From Tubiluchus corallicola (Eukaryota; Animalia; Priapulida), in NCBI GenBank assembly GCA_030141605.1, contig JAQGDQ010000033.1:985214-1049213 (forward strand): DNA of 64,000 bases, given 5' to 3'. Numbering within the stretch: position 1 is the first letter of the stretch; each line of letters begins with the position of its first letter. The notes under the pieces were generated by a model. That model was not told where the DNA came from. It saw nothing but the letters and a program-made list of their open reading frames with translations, and searched no databases. A program made the translations under genes and the position numbers. This document shows, in pieces, positions 12,201 through 24,580 of the stretch.

Positions 12201-15200
12201 AAATACAAGGTATAATTTGTGTAGGACTTTCTACATGTTTCATTAAAATATTCGCGAATGATTAAGAAAATGTAAATATACTTGTTTCTTAGCCGTACCA
12301 CCAAGGGTAAGTATAGTGCTCATGGCACTCACACACCACTCACACATAGAGCATGCATGTTTATCTACTCACCCTTGAACTCACTATGCTTTGTTGGATG
12401 GTGCTGAAAATAAAGATAACAATGGTTAATTAATTTTTTTGGAAAAAGATAAATTAAACGTAGGTGACTTTGAAATATGTGCCAAGTTGTGTTTCTGAAA
12501 TTAAAATTTGAATTTTCAGGATCAGTACATCCTGAAGAGTCATGTAGAGTTGGTCCACATGCCTCCCGGAGAGATGTTTACGTGTGAAGTATGCGGCAAA
12601 GAATTTAATCGCAAATCTCATTTGAATCGACACCTACGGATACACAATCTTGTGAGAAATCATAAGTGTCCAGTTTGTGATTATAGGTAAAGTAAAAAAG
12701 TATTAACAAGGTATAACTAATATGGGCATTTCTACCGAGCACCACTATAACACACTCATGATATTTAGAAAACCCCAAATATCTGGCTCTGGCATGTTAA
12801 TGTATTTATTAATAGTTTTTTGAACCCACTTCACTTGTAATGGTGTCTCATCAACATACTGAATAATATCCCAGTTACAAAATATGAATTTCTGTACTGA
12901 AGCATTGAACTTTGGGCATTTTGAGTGCTGGTCACATGTACTTACCTTTACACTAGACCAGTTACACAGGTAGCCCAAGACCAGTTTTTCCAAATCTGGA
13001 TAGTTGTGATACACTGACTGTGACCTTGCCGAATCAAAACTGAAAATGTTACATCACATTTCTAAAGCAACTGAAGCTATGTCAGTCAGACATGGTACAT
13101 ATTGGCTGTGCATTGTTTAATTGCACATCACTGGCCTGATAAACTTAACCTTTTGCTGTAATGCAGTTTTACTCATTTAGGGGTGTGGAACGATCAGACG
13201 TAACTAAGCACATGGCTATACATGACGTGCCGCAACACACTTGTGATATCTGTGGAAAACAATTCCGATTTCTTAAAAACAGGACTATGCACATGAAAAG
13301 GTACATGACGATATGTCGTATGATAAAGTATAAAATTTCTTAATATTAGAATGAATTTTACATCTAATTTTATGTTTACTCTGCTGGTTAGTGATAGATT
13401 TAACACTATGGCTGCAGTTCAATTTAGTTAAAATTTGCATTGAAAATTGGAACTTCATTCTGAAAACAAAAAAACTAAAAAGCACAACTAAAATGATAAA
13501 CTTATTCAATGATTGCAAAATAGAATTAAAAAAATCACTCTAGCTTAGTAAAGTTTTGTGAAATCATGGTAAGTGTAGTTATCCTTCACTTTATTATTAT
13601 ATGTACTGACATTTACCGGGTTGTCATTTTTTGACCGTTATCTTGTCATTTACTTAGCTAACCTTATGTCAGTTAGAGTATGACAACATCAATTAGACAA
13701 AGTTTCTTTGCTAATATGATGAAATAAGAATGTTGCAATTTTAGGCACTGGGATAAAAAATAGTACAAGTGTGGCATTTGTGATTTCTACGGCTATTCAT
13801 TTACTGAGGTTCGCAAACATGTAGAACGTGTTCATGTTGAGCAGCATTCGCTTAGCTAACCTCATGTCAGTTATAATACGACAACATCAGTTAGACAAAG
13901 TTTTTTTTGCTAACAAAGAAATAAGAAATGTTGAAATTTTAGGCATTGGGGTAAGAAAGACTACAAGTGTGGCATTTGTGATTTCTACGGCTATTCATTT
14001 ACTGAGGTTCGCAAGCATATCGAACGTGTTCATGTTGAGCAGCAGAAACTGTTGCAGTGTAACACATGCTCATCATCCTTTTCTTCTTTGACGGATTTTC
14101 AGGTAGAGTATGAATACTCAGTGAATAAATTATTTCATTAAATGCTTTTATAAGCAGATAAACTGAATAATCCGAATTGCTGGGAAATGAGCCTCCTGTC
14201 TATCAGCCAATGTCAAGTGTTAAATTTATAAAATTAGTTTATGAACTGTGCACTCTCCAAAATAACTAAACTAGTAAAGGAACCAGGTTGCCACATTTTG
14301 AATAAGTTTTTTCTGTTGCTGTCAAAATTCAAATTGCCAAAATTGGCATGGGTGTCATTAATGTTATCATCATCGTTACCATCATCTTCTTCCTCGTTGT
14401 CATTATAACAAATAAAAAGTTTTATTCTCATTGAAATAATTTTCGTAATGGTATTGTCCTAATTTTTTTATTGTCATTTATTTTGTTGTTATCAACGTCA
14501 TCTTCTTTGTCGACATCATTGTTATAATTTTTCAAACTCACCCTATCATATTTTAGCATTTGCACAGAACACAGAGACAAATATGAAAACAAAAGTTTGT
14601 ATAAACACTGCAGTTCTTTTCATCAAATTTGTTTAGCCTTGTGGCAATGGCAGTGAGATTTTCAAGTTTGATACAAACTGAAAATGAATATGAGATTGGA
14701 TAGGATAGGAGAATGGAAAGTTTATTAATTTATATTAATTGCATTTTTTACTCTTAGGAACATGGAGAATTAGGTACCTGTACTGCACCTGTGAGTGAAA
14801 ATAATGACAGTACAGAAGAGGTTATCTCCATTCCTGATAGTTTCACAAACTTGAAATCAGAAATAATTGCCACTGGAGATACTTTAGGTAGATTTTTATT
14901 TTTTATTGCTAAACTGGCTAGCACTTAACTCTAGAGACACTGCATACGTGGGAGCCAAGCTTGGAATCTGCATTTTCTGAAAAAGCAGTTTTAGGGTACT
15001 TTAAGGCTGTATTTGTAGTGTTTCATTATAAATTCTTTCAAGTTTTTATGATATATTGTTTGGAGTATGTTGTGAATAATTAGGAATTTTCAATGAAAAC
15101 TGCTCTTTGCCAAAAGTAGAAAAACATAGAGAAAGAAAACACTTCGAAACAAACTCAGGATCTGTATCAACACTTACAAGACCACAAAACCAAATTGTCT

Positions 15201-15497
15201 GCAACTTACTATCAGCAAAACGAAGCCTGGTTAGAATGGTCTCTGAAATCTTATATCTGATAACCAAACCTGGTTAGAATAGTCTATAAAATTCTTATAT
15301 CTGATACACATTTTATGTGTGTATAAATTAATACAATTGTAACTTTATTTTGATTTTACTGTCAAATCACAGGTATTCCTGAGCAAGAAGATATAACAGA
15401 TAAGTCCAGCTTGACAGTGGAAAACTCTCACGATGTTTTAGATGGATTGGAGATAGAGTCTTTTGTAGCACAACAACAGGACATCAATATTAACCAA
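9239..15497 (+). CDS. AT-hook plus nine zinc fingers (8 C2H2, 1 C2HC-like); probably an alternative 3' branch of the CUT gene; 3' end unresolved
   Basis: In-phase exons 9239-9340, 9882-10004, 10456-10599 (AT-hook RPGRPKK), 11495-11670, 12081-12209, 12520-12686, 13181-13300, 13943-14102, 14758-14887, 15373-15497. Example fingers: FTCEVCGKEFNRKSHLNRHLRIH and HTCDICGKQFRFLKNRTMHMKRH. The first two exons rest only on open frame and splice sites. Confidence 0.82.
11310..11398 (+). mobile_element. tRNA-derived SINE head or tRNA pseudogene relic
   Basis: A-box-like GTGGTTAAGGC and B-box-like AGTTCAAATC at tRNA-like spacing; no intact cloverleaf. Confidence 0.4.
13647..14043 (+). repeat. Tandem duplication of about 198 bp covering an intron 3' end and the 5' part of a zinc-finger exon; upstream copy has an in-frame stop
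   Basis: Copy 1 reads ttag|g CAC TGG GAT AAA AAA TAG TAC AAG TGT (13745). Copy 2 reads ttag|g CAT TGG GGT AAG AAA GAC TAC AAG TGT (13943). The intronic parts also align (CTTAGCTAACC..GACAACATCA.TTAGACAAAGTTT). Confidence 0.9.
15226..15306. repeat. Short tandem duplication (about 42-bp unit, two copies)
   Basis: CCTGGTTAGAAT(G/A)GTCT..TCTTATATCTGATA occurs twice. Confidence 0.75.
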
Positions 15498-16045
15498 GTG
15501 AGTATGCATCTGTGTTTAAAGGTGATTTTTGTTAAATTTTTTCGAACTTTGGTCTCTGCTGACTTTCATTTTAGCACATAGTGACCTATTAGTGTTTTAT
15601 GTATAATGTTTTTAACGTTTAATAATGTTATCACAATGTTGAAAGTTAACATTTATGGTAGTAGCTGTAATAACAATAAAAAACCATGATGATGATGATG
15701 ATGATGATGACAATAACACAATTCAATGATAATAACAGGACTTGCATACAAAAGAAGTGCTATTAGATGAATCAGCTGCGATAAACCAGTCCTGAAGCTT
15801 CGCATCAGCAGACGATATTGAGTAGCAACAAAACCTGCAGTTCTGCTATCTCCTGTTTTAAGCTACAGTTTTGCCAATTTGATTGTGACAGTGGTAACAT
15901 TATGTGATGGAAGGTGAGGTAGCAAAATAATTGCTATAAAAGTTACAGCATTTTTGTTATGCTGGACATTAATTTATGCTGTTTTTTATGTGACATTTGT
16001 TACTTGGAAGTAGTTAGTAATTGAAATTTTCCATCTTTCATACTA

Positions 16046-16661
16046 TAGGTTTTACACGTCAAATGTAGACACAGGAAAGTTCAAATGTGACACATTTGAA
16101 CTACCTAAGTCTACATTTGAGTTACCAAAACACATTTGAATTATCGTATATACTTATGTACAAATCAAATTTTTGGGAGGCGATTTTAAGGTGAAATTTT
16201 TGTAAGTAAGGTTATACTTACGATATGTTTTTGGGAGATGTCGCTAAAGAGTCGTCTACAATACGAATATGTAAAGAAATGATCCTTCATTATACGCTGG
16301 ACTGAATGAATACTCATACTTTGATACTTCACATCAGAGAATGTTCTCATCTTGGCATTACTTCACAAAATTAACAAATATTACTGTAATTTACTTTAAT
16401 GTATGTGAAATTAAGTTAAAATTTATATATTACCGGTAAATAAACTAGCAACGGAGCACTCGATCAGAACATGGAAATCGCCATTGATGTTACTGAATAA
16501 AACTGCGACGTTTCAGGTATGGGTTTTTAGTTTTAAGTGAGAAATCAGCGACTGAAATGTTACGACGGATCCTGGCCGCGATATCCTAGAGTTAAAGGCA
16601 TTACAAACAATTATGTGCGATGAAAGGTCAGATTGTATTATCATGGATTGCATTGAGGGCA

Positions 16662-16697
<36 letters not shown>

Positions 16698-16974
16698 CGG
16701 TAGGTATAATATACTCGGCCAGGCACTTGCATGTATCTTACACACTAACACAATAGGTTATTGATTTATTACTCGACCATTGTTGACATCATTCACTCTG
16801 GAAGATCTTAATATTTTAAGGTCGACTTGTACACAGGTAATATATATCATGATGCGATTTTTGGTCTTAAAATGCACATCGACTTATACATAAGGTTGAC
16901 TCGTACACACGTATATACGGTACCTAAATCTATGTTTGAGTTAACGTAGGTCTACATTTGACATGTAAAACCTA
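16046..16974. mobile_element. Non-autonomous DNA transposon (TIR about 25 bp, TA-flanked) with a probable nested second element
   Basis: Left end TAGGTTTTACACGTCAAATGTAGAC; right end GTCTACATTTGACATGTAAAACCTA (1 mismatch). Subterminal ACATTTGA repeats, an internal (TA)n tract at about 16666-16692, and a GACTT.TACAC repeat ending GTATATACGGTA at about 16820-16922. Confidence 0.8.
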
Positions 16975-18043
16975 TATATAAATAAATTTTTGCACATAGC
17001 ACCATTTTTTTCTTTTTGGTTTTGTGTAGAATTTGAAAGTGATATTGCCAGAGCATTTTATGAAACTTTGGAAGTATTAATGCTACTGTTACTATTCAAA
17101 ATGAAGGTATGTGCTAAGAAAGCTAAGCAAGTGGTTTAGGGACATCTATAATTATAGGATCCTTCTATGAGATATAGGGAGTAAATATATTTTTTTTGTA
17201 AATAATAACATAATCAACCTAAATCTGGTTTTTCAACTATTAAATAATAATAAAAGCAAATATTTTTGTTAACAATAAAATGATCTATTTAATTTTGCAG
17301 ATACTGTTTAGTTTCAACTTCAAGGTTTACACACAAAAAAATTATACCACTGACATGTAATACATTTTGCGTTGATAAAATCTATACTATAGTGAAGAAA
17401 GTTCTGGCATGTACAGGATTCATGAATAAAATGCGATGTTGGCTTATTAATGGCTGTTCTTAATTCTATATGCTATGGAAGTCTCAAACTGAAGATGCTT
17501 TGACAATTCATCCACATTTTTGGACAAATACACAAAATATTAGAATGTTCATCAGTTATTTGGGATGTCTTATAATCAATAAGACAGATGATTTTTCTTC
17601 TGAATATCAATATGGATGTCTTTGTCTTGACTGTTTCATTTGCTTGATGATTACCAATTGTAAATAAATTTTTCAATTGTTAGTTACAGACTGAAGTTTG
17701 AGGTTTGAAACACAACGTTTATGTTATTATGGCTATTTTCAATCAGTGAGTACCGCCAAATAGTATATGAGTCTTATTATCAGTTATTATCATTGCAGCA
17801 ATGGTCCTCCTGCTGAATGCTGGCTGCCATCTTACACGTACCAAATTTTATAAAAATAACGTTAACGGCAAATTACATTAAGTCCATTTTCATGGTAAAA
17901 ATTGATTTTGTCTTGGCATGAAAAGACTAGCACACAACAATGATCACAGATGAAAAGCAATGCTGAATAAAAGCTCGATTTATCTACACTATCTAATACA
18001 TTTGTACCAGCACACTCAATGTCTCTTTCTTTTTTCAGGATAA

Positions 18044-21000
18044 TTATGTTATCACTTTTTTTATTCTGTTCAACTGCATTATGCTAGGAGACTCTGGGCA
18101 CAGAAGCAGGGCTCCTTCGAGAATTTCTCTGATTTGTTCATTTAGAGGCTCCTCTTCGTGATGTACAACTATCCATGTATCACCTGCAAAATCATTGATT
18201 CGTTTTCACATTATATTATCATCAAAGGAGAACCAAGATATTGAATCTGTACTTCATATTAACATATACCTAAACTGAAGTGAAACGATGTGTATATTCT
18301 TTGTAAAATTGATAAAAAAATGTGGGTTGGTGGTTAAACAATTAACATTCATTAATATTAACATAAAAATTATAAATTGCAATAATTGAGTGTAAGAAAT
18401 TATATTTACACACTTTGCACATTTGAAATTTGTGAGTAAAGTAATAACAAATATGGTTGAACTTAGAAAATGTGAAGTTAACTGGTGTGAATTTATATAA
18501 TATGGGTGAGCAGCGACGAATAACTGAGTGGTCACTGTGTGTGCTTGGTTATAAAGTTAGGTAACAGCAATCCTGGATATGAGCTATACAGTATACGTAG
18601 ATATACATCATGATTTTAGCATAGCTAAGACAATGCCAGTTAGCAGAGAATTGAATTGTACAAAACAGAAATTTTATTCTCAGACTATACAAAATTACGA
18701 TGTATAAAGATAAGCATTATGTCTATCAAGTAACTTTTCTAACAACAACCACAGCAATACTTATTCTTTGAAAATTTGGTAAATAGGTCATCAAAATCTG
18801 TTAATCGTGGTTGAGTAATTGAGATACTCTAACCATCTATGTGACTGTTTCATATCTGTCTAGGACTGTAACTTTTCTTAAAAATCATTTTTATGAAAAG
18901 TGTATAAAGAAGAAGTAAAAACAATTCCCTAATTTTAATTACTTGCCTGCTTTGATATAATTGCCAACAGAGGCCTGTAGTTTTATCCCTACCGCCTTGT
19001 TGATTTCTTCATCTGGTTTTGTGCGTCCAGCTCCCAAAATGAGGCAAGCCTGTGCCACAGCCATAGCATCTGTACCATGTATATAACCTGTGCACATAAG
19101 ATCTTTCAGCATTACACATGCACTGATTTAACTTGTCCACCCTTGCTAGAAATATTTTATCAAGCTTCTCTTTCAGCAGGTGGTGCTAAATAATATGCCG
19201 ATAATGTTATGGTAAATGGAATAATTTTACTCTGGTGCTTTTAACTTTTTTTAAATTTGATGTATTATTTAATTATTTATTACTTATTATTTATTAATTA
19301 TTTATTAATTACTTAATTATTTTCTGTATGGTTATATTTTGTTTACTTGATCATTATACGTAGAATACTGATTACCTGATTGAGTAGATTTTAAATCAGT
19401 AGTGAAATTGGCTTCACGGAATATTTTTGCAAAATTGGCATCTTTGTCACATAGCTTTCTAGCAGTTTGTTTTGTTACCTGAAAATGATTTAATTTCATT
19501 ATGTATTTTATGAAAGTGGAAACAAACCACTAGTTATTGCTCTATAATAGACTGATATCATTGGCTGTAACTTACGGCCTATGATATCGGTTTCTCTCAA
19601 TTTCTGTCGTAAACTGATTGACTGGCTAATTGACTAGCTGACTAACTCAGCTTAACTAGTTATTTTAATCCTAAATGTAGTAGCTGTTGTAATAACTCTT
19701 TATATCTCCAGATAAGAGTTTCCAAGTCCGAAAAAATATCCATGAAGGTGTTAACAAGTATCAATAGCTTATAGAATACTCACATAAGATAGTGGCATGT
19801 AGGACATGTACAATCTATGGAGCACGCATTGATCTGCGTTTGCCTAAAACATATACTGCTCCAAAATATACAATGTAATAAGGTAGACTTTGTGATTTAT
19901 TTTCTCCGCGTTTGAGGTCGTTAAAAACTCTGCCATAAACACTGATAACAGAATACAACCCAACACTTATTAGCACTACATTGGGCGTACTTATTACCTG
20001 TTACTTGGAAACGTGTCGCTCCAAGAAAGGAATAACTTTCCTTGCAATTTTAGTACTTTGTAGAGTATTTCATAGTTTGAATCTTACGAATATTGTAATA
20101 AACTTACTCCTTGTTGTACACACATTTCCTCAAACTTTTTCAATGCGGAGCCATCTTTGAGTGATTTGGCAATTGCCTTGCGACCTTCTTCTGTAGAGGA
20201 AAATTTTCCAGCTAGGTGTAGCAACTCGCCACCTACAGTAAAAAGTTTCATTAGAAAAAGTGACTTGGTGGAATAATATTTCATTTTTTATTTATATTTT
20301 AATGCAGTAAAGAAATGTACAGCATCTGTATCAAGCTGCTCGTGCTCTAACTTTACCTTGAAATGCGCATACACGTTATGCAATATCACACTGTACACAA
20401 TCTGCAGGCGAAATAAAATTTTCTAAACATACTTCATTTTTCTGAGTAAACAAGTTGATGTTTTTTTATTGTAAGGCTGACGGTGCACTAGCCTATAATT
20501 ATAATGTTTCCATTTTTTGTCAATATAGACGTCATGTCTTGCATAATACATTATTACTAGCACTGTTTACAATGTGGGTGTCACCATCTACTAATTTATT
20601 ATTGAACTAAAAGAAGCTAGTTTACCTTTAAATAGTGATGTGTTAGCGGAAGCCTAATCAGCATGTATAATAAGCAGTTGCTAAATGTTTGTAATTGGCT
20701 ATAACAGGCAAGATGTAATTTTTCTGTTTTAATATGTATACGAGTTTATGAATTTTTTTTTATAAATTAATCCATATCCAACCCGCAATGAATAGTACAA
20801 GAGTGCCAATCAGTTACTGTCAATACAGCAAAGATAGTAGTAATTGTTAACTCGGCACATTAAGAAATCCTCATTACTTATTCTCATTTTACCTGTATTA
20901 ACTAACACGACCGCTTGATCTGTGTTTACGGATGTGGGTCTTAATCATTTAATTATAACTAAAACATCAACTCTGCATGTCCTTTAATAGTAGCCATACT

Positions 21001-22737
21001 ACTATCATACTGATAAACTTATAACACTATTACTACTACAGTTTTCATGCTACTACTTTTATACCGACCGCCCCAAACAAGGGCAGTGGCTGTTCAAAAT
21101 GATGGGGATACAATTAAAAGGTAAGAATTTGAAATGTGTTAGTGACGGCAAGTATTTTGTTGATGTTCTTCTTTAAGCACATGAGGTTACAATAAGCACA
21201 GAAACTGTCTGATAAAGAATTCCATAGATACCAAACGAAAAAATGGCTAAAGATACTCCTGTCCTTATAGGAATGTCCAAAGTAAAATTAGGAGAAACAG
21301 AAACAAAACGAATACTTAGGACAAAGTCCCTACATAATCTACTAAAGCTTATGCAGTGTTTCTTTGTTGAATAATTGATATATTTATTGTAAATAATGCA
21401 GTTTTGATAGTAAATTTATGATAGTACCCAGGTTGACCACCAGGTCTTCCAGGTCGACCGGACCTTGTCCCTGTAAGCATTGTATTGATTCAATAACTTC
21501 CAGTGAATGTCCAACATTGTTGCCTATGGGCCAGTTCATGTCTGTTATGAGAGCAGCCGTTTTTATGCCCAAACTTTTGCTTGCTTCAACCTGTCACACA
21601 CGTAATTAAAAATCTGAGAACGTCAGAAAAGCAATCTGCCAATTACAATCTGGTATATTCGACCACCAAAGATTGAACGAACTTGCAATTATTAAATTCC
21701 CTGTAAGGATTGTATTAGGACCTATCGTGATCACTGATATATAGTATAGTCTAGCGATCATGACGTTCATCTTGTAAGCAAAATATCCCTGGTTCAAATC
21801 CAGGCTCTGTTCCGTTTTTTTTTTCACGTTTTCTCTCTTTTTGAAAAATGTTTGAGAATTTAATAATTGTGGGTTCATTTAATCGTTAATAATTACTTTG
21901 AAATTAAGAAGTTGATTATTACTTAATTCGACCACAAAATTACTCATTTAAAACGTTTCCATGTTAAATTTCACAATTACTTCTCATTAATTTGTTCAGT
22001 CCGCATATTTTATTTTATTATTACTCATATACTTTTTAGCATGATATTATTTCTTGAAACAGGTTTTAAACGAGTAAAAGGTGCGAGTGATCACTTTCAG
22101 GTGCGAATAGGGCAAAAATGTGGACTAATGTGACACACGACGCCATGACCAGCTGAAGGTTACTCTGTCTTTTGATCTTTAGCAGTTGTGCATACATAGT
22201 TGTAAAATCTATTGAGTGAAGATCTAATTGGAGCACGGATTTCTACCCGCTCGTTTTGGACAATTGTGCTGGAATCCATGTCTATGTTCTAGCTATGCTA
22301 CGCCGTGACTTTTGACGTATTACTAAAAATTCTTTAATCCCTCTGCTCGATATGGGGCCACAACGTTTGGTGGAACGTGGAGCCTAGCTTTGCGTATTGC
22401 ATGATAATTAAATGGCATTTTCATTGAAGAAAAAATTTTGACAGGACACCAACAACCAAAAAATATTGGATTAGCGAGTATTACTGGCCTTTGGTACACT
22501 AGGTCTTGTGATACATCAAATGAAAGCTCGCGGTGTGGCTAGTCGAACTGTGTCATTTATTAACGTCATTTGAAAGGCCTGAACACCGGCAACAAAAAGT
22601 ACAGTACATTTGTCATTGGTACTAGGCTATTACCTTAGAACGCAAATTGTTTGTGGTGTGTTAGCAGCAGTTGCCAAAATGTCAAATAATAATATGAGAT
22701 TGTCAAAGGCAGTAATATGAGTTCTTGCACTTCGTTA

Positions 22738-22794
<57 letters not shown>

Positions 22795-24534
22795 ATTTCT
22801 AGGAATCAGAATACTTACCATCCAGGGTATAATTCGATTATCATTTGCTTGTAACACTTATTAGTCTGACACTACGAATTTGACAGTGCTAGCGGGGAAT
22901 TATAAAAGCAGTTATTATTGTGCACTAAGTGTACACGGCACTTGAAGTTGCCGGTCAGTTACAACATGATAATCAAGCTTGCTATAGTGGATGCTATATC
23001 ATGTTCCATATACGCCAAACCACTGTTTAAATTGTTTTAGAACTGAGTCAGCTTGTAACTGTTAAGGTCTGCATGAGCTCTGTTACTTATAATTCATCTA
23101 CCTATTAGATAAACAGCCTACATTAGGATACACTACGATTCAGGTAACCTAGTTTTGTTATACAGGTATATGTTTACCCAAGGTTTTTCTTCTCTTCCTA
23201 TAATATTCAACTCTATTATCTGTGCAAATATATATGTAGCGTTTTTATTTTAACATTAAAATAACGTAAAATCTGTTAATTTACAATTTGCAAATGAAAG
23301 CATGTATTAATTACAACTACTTTCGGAAACTTCGTATGTAAAAAAGAATATATAAGCAACTGTCAATAACATCTTATCTCACATTAAAATAGTGTGCTAT
23401 ATAAAAATCATATATTGCGAACTCATAATATAACAATGAAGGGTAGAGTAAATAATTACCATTGTTATAGCCAAATTTGTTGCTTCCTCTTCTTTCTTCA
23501 TAAATGCGCCTTTACCAAATTTACAATCAAGAATTAAAGCAGCTGGTGATTCCGCTGCTTTCTTCGAAATAATTGACGCTAGAATTAAAATACTTAATTT
23601 TGTCAAAAATGCAGATTTTAAGCTATAGATTAAATATTTATTAATGGATGTGTACAGTCTTCTGTGCATAGTTTTCTGTTTTAAAAAACCTATTAACGCT
23701 ACACGTAATAACAGTAATTATAGTGGTCTGCGTCAAATACAGATTGTAGACAACAATGCGTATAGTTTTTTGCACACAAGACCATGGGCGCACTGAAGTT
23801 GAGTTACTACAGGCCTAGTTATGTAATTACTATATTTTTTATAGATTCTTGTATAAAAGTGTAATTGTTTTCTTGAAGTAACACTCTCAACATTTACTGT
23901 GATGAATATGTTAAGACTTCAAAATTTTGTCAACATGCAGATAGTGAATTTTTATCTCACATGGTCTTTTTTACAAAAGCTCTTCAGCAATAAAAAACCA
24001 ATCTGAAAATAGTTGAGCTATCTCAGTTCCATTTAACGTAACGTGATGCGTTGGTTGCACAAAGTTTTATTAAAACCTTTTTTTGACGCTTGACTTGTGA
24101 TTCGTAAAACACATAAGCACAATACAAAAATAACGATTGTAGATAGAGGTTTTTTTTTAAATTCACTGAACTATTAGGGAATATCTTCAAAAATTGTTTA
24201 TAGACTATATAGTCGCCTACACTTATTACTGTAATTACTAGTATTCTGAAGTATTCTATATATAGTGACCGCACAAAATTTAATAATTATATGTACTGTA
24301 CAAGGAAGTCGGGGAAATATGAATCACAGGGAAACTTTACCCTCTAATTTTACGTAAACATTATGTAATTTCACCAGTATTTCAGAAAGTTTCTTGCAAC
24401 AACTGTTTCATGATATGCATATATAATCTTAGTCTCTTAATATGTTATCGAATAAACACTTACTTCCTTAAGCACAAAAACAGAAAAACACACGAATATA
24501 CACAAAACTTTTTAAAGCTAGCCTCATTTTTAGT

Positions 24535-24580
<46 letters not shown>

